The translations under genes were made by a program, and so were the position numbers. The notes beneath the pieces were generated by a model. The model was not told the origin of the DNA. It ran no database searches and worked only from the letters and a program-made list of their open reading frames with translations. Of a DNA stretch of 64,000 bases, positions 20,194 to 32,072 are shown in pieces. Position 1 is the first letter of the stretch. Each line of letters starts with the position of its first letter. Origin of the DNA: Malassezia furfur (Eukaryota). The stretch lies in the NCBI GenBank assembly GCA_052055015.1, contig JBQJIT010000011.1; one strand, written 5' to 3'.

Positions 20194-22554
20194 TCAGCTA
20201 TGATCGACCTCGCCAGAGAAGATCCGTGCGAGTGTTGGATTCGCCGCCTGATGGCTGGTCTCAGTGACCTCGAATAGGGCTTGGTCCGAATGCTTTTGTG
20301 TACCGGTCCCTGATTGTGCACCTTCCGTGGACTGCCAGCCAAAAGTTCGGGCATATGCCTCGCCACTGCGATCCAGCAACCGCTCCAGATCAGACGGGCC
20401 AATTAGAGGCTCGTCGTCGTCCCCCGCCTGGACATCTACCTTCGTAGTCGCCAGCGCCAGATCACCACTCTCTTCCGTCATTTTATTGTCAGCAATCTCG
20501 GAGTGTGTGATGGGGTTCCGGAACTGGCCCTTTTTGATCACCACGGATTCTAGGACACGCTTGGCTTTGGCCTTCTTGAGAATCTCTTGCTCAACTGTGT
20601 CTGAGGCGACCAAGCGGAACACTAGGACAGGCTGTGTGAGGTACTCTTGTACAAACTTTGTCTTGTCCAATACGATGGACACGGTCCTGTGCCTGTAAGT
20701 CCATTTGGGGATTCCAGTCACTGTCGAAGAAAATGACTGTATCCGCACCAACCAAGTTGATCCCAAGGCCACTTGCTCGGGTGCTGAGCAAAAATACGGC
20801 ATGTTCCTTGGAAAATGGAGTGTTGTTGAATTGGGAAATCTGATCGGCGCGGTCGGTTTGTGAAGTAGATCCATCGATGCGATACGGACTCCATTTTTTC
20901 ACGTCTGCATCAGAGGAGCTAAACTCACCCTTGGCCCACAGCTCGAGAATGTCGAGCATGGTGGTGAACTGGGTGAGAAGGTTTGTACATACTTGCGAGA
21001 AAATCAGGACACGGTGGCCTTGTTCCAAAAGCGCGTCCAACATCTGGTCCAGCATGCGCAACTTTCCGCTTGCACGGACCATGGCGGAATCCACGCGCAA
21101 TTGATCTGTATCTCCAACGACCGGCCAGTCAAGCAAATAGGGATGGCAACAGATTTTTCGAAGCTGCATCATGGCATTGTCAAGTCTCATGTTGCGCACG
21201 GCCCGTTCTGTTGTTAGCAATAGGACGTACCAGCTTCACGAAGCTGTTCCTGCTTCTTTTGTACCTGGCTCGAAGTTCGTTTCCGTGTCCGTGATGGGTG
21301 TTCGTCTCTCGGTTGGTCGCGCATGGCGACCAACTGTTCCATGTCGATCCCGGCCTTGTGCGCTATAAGCCAGTCCCGAAATGTGCCATTGATGACCTGG
21401 TTGTACATCTCCGCTTGCTCATGCGAAAGCGGCGCATACAAAAGGTATTCCTTTTTTGGAGGCAAGTCTTGCTCAACTTCCGACTTGACGCGTCGAAGCA
21501 AAAAAGGCTTCAAGATGCCGTGGAGCTGCTGCACTACACGCCGAGCTGTCTCCGTGCTCCACGTCGAGAAGGAGCTGGTTGCCGACTGTACTTCTCCTGC
21601 GTCGTCCTCGGCTGCACCAAAATTGAACCTGGGTCAGGAATATCACACACCATTGCTCAAAAGTTGCAAGGTCGTCGAAAATGTCGGGCAGGACAAAATT
21701 CAGCAAGGACCAAAGTTCAGCAAGGTTGTTCTGGGTGAGTATTCTGCGTACATGAAGCGGAGTCCCGGTGAGGATAAGTCGGTTGCCTGTTTTGAATTGC
21801 TTGAGTTCACGTAGGAGTCTGCGTAAGAGATACTGTAACGTACCTGCAGTTCAGGTTTTTCAGGCGATGCCCTTCATCCACCACAATAAACTTCCAGGGG
21901 AGGCGGGAGAGGAACTGCCGGTCGCGAATTACGATCTCGTACGATGTAATGACCACAGATACTTTTTCTGGATCAACTGTTTTTTGAAGTGAAACACGCT
22001 CGCTTTTGGTGCCGTGGTACAGCAGCGTCGGGACGCCAGGCGTGAATCTAAATGAGCGCACCACGTACTTTGCGAACTCGCTGTGCCAGTTAGACATCGT
22101 TGAGAGGGGAGCAACAATCAAGAACACGCCTTTGATGCCTTTCTCATAGAGATGCGCGAGAAATGCAATGGTTTGTAGCGTCTTGCTGGGTCAGACGTCA
22201 AAAGCACGCACCCAAGACCCATTTCGTCCGCGAGGATCCCATTTAGCCCATTCTCGTACAGGCTACTAAGCCAAATCAGACCATCCATCTGGTATGGCTT
22301 AAGTTCCGTGCCAGTTATAAGTCTTGGCTGTTCCCGCCGCGCGATGGCTGCGAGCGTGCCGAGCTCGGCCTCGGTCCGTGCGCGCTTCGCTTTGGGCTTT
22401 GCATCGGTATCGGTCTCCTGCGTGGACTGTGGGCGCTGCAGTTTCTCGCCCATGATGCGCGAGTAGATTCCAGAGCGCTGCAAAAGAAATTCGAGCTTGC
22501 GCATGCGCTGCATAAGCCAAAAGGCCGTACCTCTTCCTCTTCGGTCTCGCTCAT
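20194..22554 (-). CDS. IRC5: SNF2-family chromatin remodeller, IRC5/HELLS(LSH)/DDM1 type; about 708 aa, 11 exons
   Basis: [82 protein letters not shown]. Ten introns: 22508-22530, 22186-22211, 22048-22068, 21819-21843, 21731-21751, 21629-21650, 21208-21230, 20969-20992, 20905-20928, 20632-20656. Exon phases sum to 2127 nt. Confidence 0.92.
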
Positions 22555-22597
22555 GGTGCGCGTCGCGTCGCGTAATGAATTCGATGACATAAGCTAC

Positions 22598-23608
22598 TTA
22601 CACGAGGTCCCATTGCGCCGCCCACCGTGTCCAGACTTCGGAAGGCGTCGCATGCACGGCACTCGGATTGGCCGTGGACATCATCATAGGCATAGGTAGG
22701 GGACATATCCATTGCTCCTCCAGCGTCGTTAATTTGGCCGTCGCATAGCGAGCTGGCAGGTATCCTGTCGAGGAGGTGGATTCCAAGGGAGGCTCACGCG
22801 ATGCGATTTGATCGGCGTCGCGCATCCATTGGGGTATACTCTTTTTCTGGCCAGGCGGACGACCCCGCTTTCGCCGGGGCTCGATCTCAAACTTAAGCCC
22901 TTGGCGATGGGCAGGCATGCCAAGTGAGACAAGGCGCTGGTACGCCTGAACTTCTTCCGACTCAGTCTTCACTGCGGGCGGCGCCGGAGAGTCCGAGGAG
23001 GCACGCGGCATTGCAGTGCGCTTCCTGGCTTCTGTGTTGGCTTCTGTGGCCGGTTCAGGCGTCGGCACGGGTGCCTCGACTTTGCGGGGCACCGATGCGG
23101 TCGGTGCTGGTGGGTTCGGAACATGAACCGCCTCGGTTGTCTTGGGACGGAATAATGCACCGCTTTGTACCGCTTTGGCGCGTTCGAGTAGTGTAGACTT
23201 GTCTAGCCGCGGTTCCTTACGCTTAGATTGGGTCTGAGGCTCTGACACGAGACGGGGTTCTTTGCCTGGTACCGGAGCCCCCGTTGATTCACGTCGTGTG
23301 CGGAGACGTGGCATATCCTGCACGACACTGCGGATCATCCGCTCAGCCTGTGTAAACTTCTCTGGCGAAAGCCCAGACGAGCGCATCAGTTCGGCGCGCT
23401 GCAGCACGTCTTTCCCGAGTCTAAAGGGTCAGAGATTGACGTACACTTCGTTGGCGAGCCAGGCACAGACAGCAGGGACACCCGCATTGACTTCATGCAC
23501 GCTTCGAGCATTCCCCTGCGTCTCCCATATCTTTACGCGGTCAAGAAAGAGGCGGGCCCGGTCGCGCACCGCGCGGTCGCCTTTGCATAGCTGGGCAAGC
23601 GCCGCCAT
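22598..23608 (-). CDS. ORC6: Probable origin recognition complex subunit 6-like protein with AT-hook-like RKRGRPP
   Basis: ATG at 23608. Intron 23421-23444 (24 nt) contains an in-frame TGA. The N-terminal segment [18 protein letters not shown]...[22 protein letters not shown] resembles the basidiomycete Orc6 N-terminus (recognised from memory). Confidence 0.55.
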
Positions 23609-23712
23609 GGCGGGGGAGCGAACAACCTCCACAAGCAGCGTCGCCGCACCGTTCGTGCCTCCATTTGTGCCCTGTGCGGCAAATCGAGCGCGGCACCGAC
23701 CGCCCTTGCACG

Positions 23713-26194
23713 ATGAAGTTCTACATCGATGATCTGCCGGTGCTCTTCCCATACCCCAGGATTTATCCTGAGCAATACTCGTACATGGTCGACCTGAAAC
23801 GGACCTTGGATGTAAAAGGGCATTGTGTCTTGGAGATGCCTTCGGGCACCGGCAAAACGGTGTCCCTACTCAGCCTCATCGTGAGCTACCAAAAAGTACG
23901 TGGTTTGCCTTATACAGTTTTATCCGGAGCAACGCAAACTGATCTACTGTTCGCGAACCGTGCCCGAGATCGAAAAGGCGCTAGCGGAGCTGAAGCGGCT
24001 CATGGCATACCGTGCGAAATACAACAAGGCGGCCAACATGGTCAATGCGGATGGCAACAGCATGGAGGTGGACGGTGAGGATGAGGGAAAGATGGAAGAG
24101 ATCCTGGCGCTGGGGTTGAGTAGCCGCAAGAACATGTGTATTCATCCAGTGGTGAGCCAACAGCGCAAGGGCAAAGTGGTGGACGCCATGTGCCGCGACA
24201 TGACCAGTGCATGGGCGTGCAAAAAAGGACGCGAGGACCCAGGCAGTGTGACGCTGTGTGACTACCACGAGGAGCTCGGCAAACTGGAACCAGGTCACCT
24301 CGTCCCGCCAGGGGTGTGGACGATCGAGGAGGTGAAGGAATACGGTCGTGAACGGGGCGTTTGCCCCTACTTTGCGATACGACGCATGATGCCTTTCTGC
24401 GACATTATCATTTACAGTTTCCATTACCTGCTCGACCCCAAGGTTGCCGACCAAGTGTCCAAGGAGATGAGCAAAGACGCCATTGTGGTGTTTGATGAGG
24501 CGCATAACATCGACAATGTGTGCATCGAGTCGCTCAGTATCGACCTGACGCGCCCGACACTCGACAATGCGTATCGTTGCATCAACCAGCTTGCCGAGAA
24601 AGTCGACGAGGTCAAGAAAGCCGACTCGTCCAAGCTACAGGACGAGTATACGCGCCTCGTCGAGGGGCTGCAGCAGCAGAGCGATGACCGCGAGGCAGAA
24701 ACGTTCCTGGCGAACCCAGTACTGCCCACCGATCTGCTTCAGGAGGCAGTGCCGGGCAACATTCGCCGCGCCGAGCACTTCCTCGCGTTTCTGCGGCGGT
24801 TCGTCGAGTATCTCAAGACGCGAATGCGTGTGCTGCATGTGGTCGCTGAAACCCCTGCGAGTTTCCTGCAGCACCTAAAGGAGATCACATTTATCGAGCG
24901 CAAACCGCTGCGGTTCTGTGCCGAGCGCCTGCGTATGCTGGTGCAGACGCTCGAGTTAACACGTATTGACGAGTACAGCTCGCTGCAGACGGTGGCGTTC
25001 TTTGCGACGCTAGTGTCCACGTACGACAAGGGCTTCTTGTTGATTCTCGAGCCATTCGAGACGGAGAATGCCACCGTGCCGAACCCCATCTTCCATTTTA
25101 CGTGCCTGGACGCGAGCTTGGCGATTGCACCTGTCTTTGAGCGGTTTAGCAGCGTGATCATCACGAGCGGAACCATTTCGCCGCTGGACATGTACCCCAA
25201 GATGCTCAAGTTCGACACAGTGTGCCAGGAAAGTTATACCATGACGCTAACGCGGCAATGTTTCCTGCCGCTTGTCGTGACGCGTGGCAGCGACCAGGTG
25301 GCGATCAGTTCACGATTCGAAGTGCGCAACGACCCCTCAGTGGTGCGCAACTACGGCAACATCTTGATCGAGTACGCAAAGTGTGTTCCGGATGGTGTCG
25401 TGGCCTTTTTCCCCTCGTATCTGTACATGGAGAGCATTGTTGCCGCTTGGCACGATATGGGCATTCTCGACGAAGTGTGGAAGCACAAGCTGGTATTTGT
25501 CGAGACGCCCGACGCGCCCGAGACGAGCATCGCGCTCGAAAACTTCCGGCGTGCCTGTGACAATGGGCGTGGCGCGATCCTCCTGTCAGTCGCACGAGGC
25601 AAGGTGTCGGAAGGAATCGATTTTGACCACAACTACGGGCGCGCGGTGATTATGTTTGGTGTGCCCTACCAGTACACTGAGTCGCGTATTCTCAAGGCGC
25701 GTCTGGAATTTTTGCGCGACAACTTCCGCATCAAAGAGAACGACTTTTTGACCTTCGATGCGATGCGGCATGCGGCGCAGTGCGTTGGACGTGTGCTACG
25801 TGGCAAGTCGGACTACGGACTGATGGTGTTTGCCGACAAACGGTTCGCACGCGCGGATAAGCGCGCCAAGCTGCCAAAGTGGATTGCACAGTATATCCAG
25901 CCCGTGTGCAACAACCTGTCCATGGATATGGCGATCGTCGAGAGCAAGCGGTTCATGCGTTCGATGGGCCAGCCGTACCCTGCGGGCAAGAACGGGATTA
26001 GTCTATGGGATGTGGCGGACATTGAGCACCGCCAGGAAAAGGAGCGCATTGCACTCGAGCGTCTCATGCAAGAGGACATGGATGAGTGGGTATCTAAGCA
26101 CCAGGACGCGGCTCCTGGCGACGAGGCCGGCCTCGCCGATGAGTTCGACCAGGCGTTTGGCTCCGGTGCCGAGCTCGCGGAGCTTGCGGCGTAG
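23713..26194 (+). CDS. RAD3: TFIIH/NER 5'-3' DNA helicase XPD
   Basis: [31 protein letters not shown], Fe-S cysteines, [18 protein letters not shown]. Intron 23896-23917 (22 nt). Confidence 0.97.
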
Positions 26195-26209
26195 CCCGAT
26201 CCCGATAGC

Positions 26210-26330
26210 CACGTGCATCTGGCCGGTGCGGTGGACGCGCGTCACCGCATTGGCCAGTGCAATTAGTCAGCTGGGCAAGAACGTGCGAAAAAAAAGTGGA
26301 AAAAAAAATTGAGGGCGCCGGCGGTATAAA
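26210..26330 (+). promoter_or_regulatory. eEF3 promoter: CACGTG E-box, poly(dA) tracts/RRPE-like element, TATAAA
   Basis: CACGTG 26210-26215; GAAAAAAAAGTGGAAAAAAAAATTG about 26287-26311; TATAAA 26325-26330, about 80 nt before the ATG. Confidence 0.55.
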
Positions 26331-26406
26331 GGGGACACGCGGCGGTTTTACAGGCTTCCCTGTCGTCAGCCCGACATCGACGTAAATTAGTGTTTGGGCT
26401 CTTACT

Positions 26407-29400
26407 ATGGCGCCACAGACAAATTCTAGCGACGGTACGGCCCATGTGCCTCCCCAAGACTTCAAAAACTCGGATGCTGCCAAGGCTGCTGCCGCTGGCC
26501 CCGAGCAAGAAAAGAAGGCTGCGCTCTTCGATGAGGCGCAGCTGCTGAGCACCGGCGACAAGAAGGCCGCCAAGGAGCTCACTGACCTCGTCAAGATTGA
26601 GGGCTCGTTTGCGCTCTGCAACCTCGGTATCCAGGATGTGATCAAGAAGGGTCTCACCGACAAGAAGAACGTCCAGGGCCGTGAGGGTGCGTGCGAGCTC
26701 GTGACGATGCTCTTTGACGAGGGTGTTGGCCACGAGGCCGAGCCCTTCATTGTCGAGAAGATCCTTGACACGCTCACCGAGGCGATGGGCGACAAGGAGA
26801 AGACGGTGCGCCAGAAGGCCGAGGACGCGCTCCTGGTCCTGGTCCGCAACATGTCGACCTGGTCGATTCCCCAGGTGCTGCGTGTCTTCCTGCACCAGAT
26901 GCGCACTGCCGGCAAGTGGCAGGTGAAGACGGGCTGCATCCGTCTCCTGGAGGAGATGGTCAAGGTGTCGCCCGAGATGATTGCTCGCCTCATGCCCGAG
27001 ATCATCCCCGTGATGGCCGAGGTCATTTGGGACACCAAGAGCGATGTGCAGAAGGCGTCGCGCGCGGCGCTGGAGAAGCTCTGTGCGCTGATCTCGAACA
27101 AGGATATCGAGCGTTTCATTCCTGCGCTGATCAAGTCGCTCATCCACCCCGTCGAGGAGGTGCCCAAGACCATCCAACTCCTGTCCGCCACCACCTTCGT
27201 GCAGGAGGTCGACTCGCCGACGCTCGCGCTCATGACCCCCCTGCTCTCGCGTGGTCTGTCGGAGCGCCCGACCGCCACCAAGCGTAAGGTTGCGGTGATT
27301 ATCGACAACATGTCGAAGCTCGTCGACAACGAGCGCACCGTGCGTCCCTTCCTGCCGAAGCTGCTGCCCGGCCTGATCAAGATCGAGACGACCATGTCCG
27401 ACCCCGAGGCCCGCAGCGTCGTGCAGCGTGCCATCAACACGCTGCGCTCGGTCGGCAACGTCCAGGGCGACGGCTCGGACGTCAAGCCGCTCGAGGACGT
27501 GGACCTCAGCAAGACGCGCTCGCTCGTTGAGGAGCAGATGAAGAAGGAGGGCCTCAACGGCCCCGAGACGCTGGTGCTGTACATTGCGCAGCTCGTGACC
27601 AACCTCGCCAACTTCCGTGAGTTTGAGCCGAGCGAGTGGGACAGCACGCTGACGCGCTACCTGCGTCTGCTGCGCCCCTCGGACCAGGAGAAGTCGAAGA
27701 AGATCACCGACAACCTGCTCCAGGCGCTCGCCAAGAGCACCGGCGAGGAGGTCGAGGTGTTCGACGACGAGGAGGAGGGTGTCGACCTGTGCAACTGCCA
27801 GTTCTCGCTCGCCTACGGTGCCAAGATTCTGCTCAACACGGCGACGCTGCGCCTCAAGCGTGGCCACCGCTACGGTCTGTGTGGCCGCAACGGTTCGGGT
27901 AAGTCGACGCTGATGCGCGCCATCCAGAACGGTCAGGTTGAGGGCTTCCCCTCGCCCGACGAGGTGCGCACCTGGTACGTCGAGCACGACCTCGACGGCT
28001 CGGAGGGTGACATTTCCATTATCGACTTCATCGTCGCCGACAAGCGCCTGAACGTCGACCACGAGACGGCGGCCAAGACGCTCAAGGAGATGGGCTTCGA
28101 TGAGCAGCGCCAGGCTGGTCCCATTACGGCGCTCTCGGGTGGCTGGAAGATGAAGCTCGCCCTGGCGCGTGCGGTGCTGTTCAAGGCCGACATTCTTCTG
28201 CTTGACGAGCCGACGAACCACTTGGATGTGATCAACGTCAAGTGGATCACGGACTACCTCAACAGTCTCACCGAGACCACGTCGATCATTGTCTCGCACG
28301 ACTCCAAGTTCCTCAACGACGTGTGTACCGACATTCTCCACTTGAACCGCTTCAAGATCAAGCGTTACCCGGGCAACCTGGATGCGTTCGTGAAGCGTGT
28401 GCCGGAGGCGCGCTCCTACGTCGAGCTCACCTCGGGCGAGGACTACTCGTTCAAGCTGCCCGACCCGCCGCTGCTGGACGGTGTTAAGACGAAGGAGAAG
28501 TCGCTCGTCAAGATGCGCAACGTGGTGTTCCAGTACCCTGGCACGCCTGCGCCCCAGCTCAAGGGTATCTCGATGCAGCTCTCGCTCTCGTCGCGTGTGG
28601 CTGTGCTCGGCCCCAACGGTTCGGGCAAGTCGACGCTGGTTAAGCTGGTGGTCGGTGACACGGAGCCGAACGAGGGTGAGCTGTGGAAGCACCCCAACCT
28701 GGTTATTGGCTACGTCGCCCAGCACGCCTTCCACCACATTGACCAGCACCTGGACAAGACGCCGCTCGAGTACATGCTCTGGCGCTACCAGACCGGTGAG
28801 GACCTCGAGGAGCACATGAAGGCAACGCGCCAGCTCACCGAGGAGGAGGAGAAGGCGATGAAGAACGGCTCGATCTACGAGCACGAGGGCGTCAAGCGCG
28901 TCATTGAGGACATTGTCGGCCGCAAGAAGCTCAAGAACTCGTTCCAGTACGAGGTCTCGTTCAAGAACATGTCTTCCACCGAGAACGTGTGGATGTCGCG
29001 TGACGAGCTGATCCGCCGCGGCTTCGAGAAGAAGGTCATGGCCGTCGACTCGAAGGAGGCGCAGAAGGCTGGTATGCTCCGCCCGCTCGTCCGCCGCGAG
29101 ATCGAGAAGCACTTCGAGGACTTTGGTCTCGAGCGCGAGTTCACCTCGCACAACACCATGCGCGGTCTCTCGGGTGGCCAGAAGGTCAAGGTCGTGCTCG
29201 GTGCCGCTACGTGGCGCATGCCGCACATCATTGTGCTCGACGAGCCGACCAACTTCTTGGACCGTGAGTCGCTTGCGGCCCTGATCAACGCCATCCAGAC
29301 GTTCCAGGGCGGTGTGGCGATCATCACCCACTCGCAGGAGTTCTCGGAGGGCACCTGCAAGGAGATCTGGCGTATGCAGGACGGTACCCTGCACGCCTCG

Positions 29401-29613
29401 GGCCACAACTGGGTCGAGGGCCAGGGCTCGGGCGAGCGCATTGACAAGAAGAAGAACGACGAGGAGGAGGTCAAGTACGACGCTCTGGGCAACAAGATTG
29501 TCGAGGAGAAGAAGAAGAAGAAGCTCACCTCGGCCGAGGCCCGCAAGGCCAAGAAGGAGCGTATGGCGCGCCGCAAGCGCGGTGAGGAGGTCTTCACCGA
29601 CGAGGAGCTCTAA
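26407..29613 (+). CDS. YEF3: Translation elongation factor 3 (eEF3)
   Basis: HEAT repeats, two ABC cassettes (GRNGSGKST, LSGGWKMKLAL, LLDEPTNHLD; GPNGSGKST, LSGGQKVK), chromodomain insert, basic tail. Strong codon bias. Confidence 0.97.
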   Translation: MAPQTNSSDGTAHVPPQDFKNSDAAKAAAAGPEQEKKAALFDEAQLLSTGDKKAAKELTDLVKIEGSFALCNLGIQDVIKKGLTDKKNVQGREGACELVTMLFDEGVGHEAEPFIVEKILDTLTEAMGDKEKTVRQKAEDALLVLVRNMSTWSIPQVLRVFLHQMRTAGKWQVKTGCIRLLEEMVKVSPEMIARLMPEIIPVMAEVIWDTKSDVQKASRAALEKLCALISNKDIERFIPALIKSLIHPVEEVPKTIQLLSATTFVQEVDSPTLALMTPLLSRGLSERPTATKRKVAVIIDNMSKLVDNERTVRPFLPKLLPGLIKIETTMSDPEARSVVQRAINTLRSVGNVQGDGSDVKPLEDVDLSKTRSLVEEQMKKEGLNGPETLVLYIAQLVTNLANFREFEPSEWDSTLTRYLRLLRPSDQEKSKKITDNLLQALAKSTGEEVEVFDDEEEGVDLCNCQFSLAYGAKILLNTATLRLKRGHRYGLCGRNGSGKSTLMRAIQNGQVEGFPSPDEVRTWYVEHDLDGSEGDISIIDFIVADKRLNVDHETAAKTLKEMGFDEQRQAGPITALSGGWKMKLALARAVLFKADILLLDEPTNHLDVINVKWITDYLNSLTETTSIIVSHDSKFLNDVCTDILHLNRFKIKRYPGNLDAFVKRVPEARSYVELTSGEDYSFKLPDPPLLDGVKTKEKSLVKMRNVVFQYPGTPAPQLKGISMQLSLSSRVAVLGPNGSGKSTLVKLVVGDTEPNEGELWKHPNLVIGYVAQHAFHHIDQHLDKTPLEYMLWRYQTGEDLEEHMKATRQLTEEEEKAMKNGSIYEHEGVKRVIEDIVGRKKLKNSFQYEVSFKNMSSTENVWMSRDELIRRGFEKKVMAVDSKEAQKAGMLRPLVRREIEKHFEDFGLEREFTSHNTMRGLSGGQKVKVVLGAATWRMPHIIVLDEPTNFLDRESLAALINAIQTFQGGVAIITHSQEFSEGTCKEIWRMQDGTLHASGHNWVEGQGSGERIDKKKNDEEEVKYDALGNKIVEEKKKKKLTSAEARKAKKERMARRKRGEEVFTDEEL

Positions 29614-29692
29614 ACAGCGCGCTTGTTTGCCATGTTCCCATGTATTGAGTCCCGGGTCGTAGAAGACAAACTAAAAAGCACCTGCATTGCGT

Positions 29693-30831
29693 CTACAGGA
29701 AAAAGACCGACGCCCACCAGCTCAGCACGCCCGCGACCAGCGCACCCGTCGTGCCGGCCGCGAGCGACACTTGCTCGCTTTGTGTAAAGGGCAGATAGGT
29801 GCGCACGAGATGCACCGTCTCGTATTGTAGCACCCGCAGCCAGTGCATCACCCGGTCCATCCACGCGAACTTCGGCAGCGGCGGGAACAAGCGGCGCGGC
29901 GCAGCCGGCGGGGACACGGGCTCGGTGGGCGCCGATGCGCCGCCCCCGCCGCCCTTCGCCGCCGCGCCCGAGGCCGCCGACACGCCGCTCTTCGAGCCAG
30001 TCAGCCGGCCCTCGAGACGCGCCAGGTGCTCGTCGACGGACGAGACCGTCGCCTGCATCCTCTCATACGCCTCCTCTTCGCTCGCCTTAACGCGCTCCTC
30101 TAGCGTACGGGCCAGCTTGCGCCGCTTGAACGGCTCAACCAGTAGCAACGCCAGCATAAAGATCAACACTGCATCAGTAGCGACACGCACCGTTCAATGC
30201 ACCCATGCCCAAGCTCACGTACGTGCTTACGCTGCGCACGCGATCGCTCCATAGGTGCTCCTCATGATACCGCCGCATGACGCTGCGAATCAGGTCGTCA
30301 AACCCGCGCTCCATGCGGTCTTCGGCTTGCTCGTATTCTTGCTCACTGCGCTCCTCCGCCTTGGCGTACGAATGCTCCGAATGCAACAATTTGGTATATT
30401 CGATCAGATCGGAATCGTTCCACGACGGCTTGCGTGTGAGCAGATCGCTGATCTTGCGCTGCGCCGTGGACCGTTCGGCCACGGCGTTGACGTAGGCCGC
30501 CTTGGCCTCATTTTTTTGCTCCTGCAGCTCCTTGAGACGTGCGGCTGGGTAAGACGGGACACCTACATTCTTGTTCCACCTGTTCCTTGTGATGGAGGAT
30601 GGCCTCATAGCCAGACACCACATTCCATCGCTTTGAAAGATCGTTAAATCGCTCCATGGCAATCGGCCGCTTCTGCTCGATCCAGTTGGTGCAGTGCGTC
30701 TTGATCGATTTGAGCAAATCAGACCGCGGAGTCGCCGTCGAATAGACGCGCAGGTGGGAAGCATGCAAAAAAGGAACCGCCTGGCATCGCACACGCAGCG
30801 AGGTCGCTGCCCGCGACGCACTGAGCGTCAT
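29693..30831 (-). CDS. SHE9: Mitochondrial inner membrane protein She9/Mdm33
   Basis: Presequence-like start MTLSASRAATSLRVR; SGYEAI, QRKISDLLTRKPSW, RYHEEHLWSDRVRSVST, VEPFKRRKL. Introns 30545-30566 and 30169-30190 (22 nt each). Confidence 0.9.
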
Positions 30832-30934
30832 CGTCGGGGAACAAGGCGCGCGAGTACTGGCGTGGGGCACGTGGAGGCACGTGGAGGTGTTGGACGCGCG
30901 GCGCGTCGCGCCGTGGCGCGCGCCCGAAGAAACC

Positions 30935-31343
30935 ATGTCGCAGGCGATCCCCCTCACGAACTCGTCGCAGATTGCGAGCCGCGCAAACCAGGAAGTACGC
31001 ATCATCGGTAAAGTGCAGAAGGTAAGTGTACAACACCCACACAGGTTTCTGGCGGTGTGCTCCTCTTGGAAGCCTCGGACAATGGCACCGTGGAAGTAAA
31101 GTTGCAACTGGTATGCACAACGCGCTTGATCTACTTACACAAAGGACGAAACACCCACGTCGGAATACGTCGAGGTCATCGGTCGTGTGTCACGGACGGG
31201 CGACTCGATCACGCAGCACGCGCTGCTCCCGCTGGGTGACAACCTGGGTACGTCTTTTGCCACGGCTCATGACAGATCTTTCCCTCGTTGAGCAGCTCGT
31301 GAAGCTCACACCGAAATTCCCTAGTTTGTTCTCGGAGCAGTAG
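30935..31343 (+). CDS. RFA3: Replication protein A small subunit (RPA14/Ssb3)
   Basis: Spliced product MSQAIPLTNSSQIASRANQEVRIIGKVQK|VSGGVLLLEASDNGTVEVKLQL|DETPTSEYVEVIGRV...LGDNL|DLSLVEQLVKL..KFPSLF. Introns 31022-31044, 31111-31144, 31248-31275. Confidence 0.85.
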
Positions 31344-31438
31344 ATACGATAACGCTACGACATAAGTTGTATGAATCGATCGCGCCCTGCCGTGTCGGTC
31401 GACCAAGAGGTTCGAGCACGTGCGGCCATCCTGCGGTT

Positions 31439-32026
31439 ATGCCACCACCCCCCGACGAGCGTGGATCGGGTCTGTCCAAGCGCGAGGCCAAGGGACTTTC
31501 GTACAAAGCGGAAGTCCCTGCCTTCCTGCAGCAGTTGCACGCCCAGGTGCACGGCCGCGCAAGGCCGGCCGTCGAGCCACGTGTACATGACGAGGACGGG
31601 GAGGACCCGGTCCTGGCCTTCTTGGGCGCGACACCCGCGGGCGAGGACCGTGGGAAGTCGGGCCCTGTACGCGATGCCACACCACGGGGAGATGGTTATG
31701 ACAGTGACAACGACCTAGAACATGCTCAAATTGTTGTGCTCAAAGAGGGCAAGCACTTGACCAAGGAAGACTATCTGCAGGAGACGACAAAACGACCCGC
31801 TGCGCAGTCCGCAGCCGAGCAAGTGGCCGAGCCCGGAGCTATGCAACCCAAAAAATATGATAAAGCCGCACAACCCCGCAAACAAGCTATGGGCTCCGCC
31901 AAGGAATTGATCCATGCGCACCGCGTGCGAAAGCGGTCACAGGACCAAGTTAAATCTGCGGAGGGGAAACGGCGAAAATCTTTGAAACCTGGGGTGGGGT
32001 TAAGCTTTGATGTAGACGAGGCCTGA
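31439..32026 (+). CDS. DUF4604 (KIAA1143-like) protein
   Basis: LSYKAEVPAFLQQL, AQIVVLKEGKHLTKEDY, terminal LSFD motif. Confidence 0.7.
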   Translation: MPPPPDERGSGLSKREAKGLSYKAEVPAFLQQLHAQVHGRARPAVEPRVHDEDGEDPVLAFLGATPAGEDRGKSGPVRDATPRGDGYDSDNDLEHAQIVVLKEGKHLTKEDYLQETTKRPAAQSAAEQVAEPGAMQPKKYDKAAQPRKQAMGSAKELIHAHRVRKRSQDQVKSAEGKRRKSLKPGVGLSFDVDEA

Positions 32027-32072
32027 CGTGTCAAATTATAGAGCGTTGGAATGACTCCATGAAATCATTGTG

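Noticed and set aside
22515..22527. CGGCCTTTTGGCT in IRC5 intron 1 resembles the U2 snRNA 5' stem
   Set aside because: Only 13 nt, with no flanking U2 sequence (GTGTAGTA branch-recognition region or Sm site).
26263..29406. 1047-aa antisense ORF over eEF3 (and 26094-27647)
   Set aside because: It is the in-register mirror of a strongly codon-biased gene; avoidance of TTA/CTA/TCA codons removes antisense stops. No recognisable domain.
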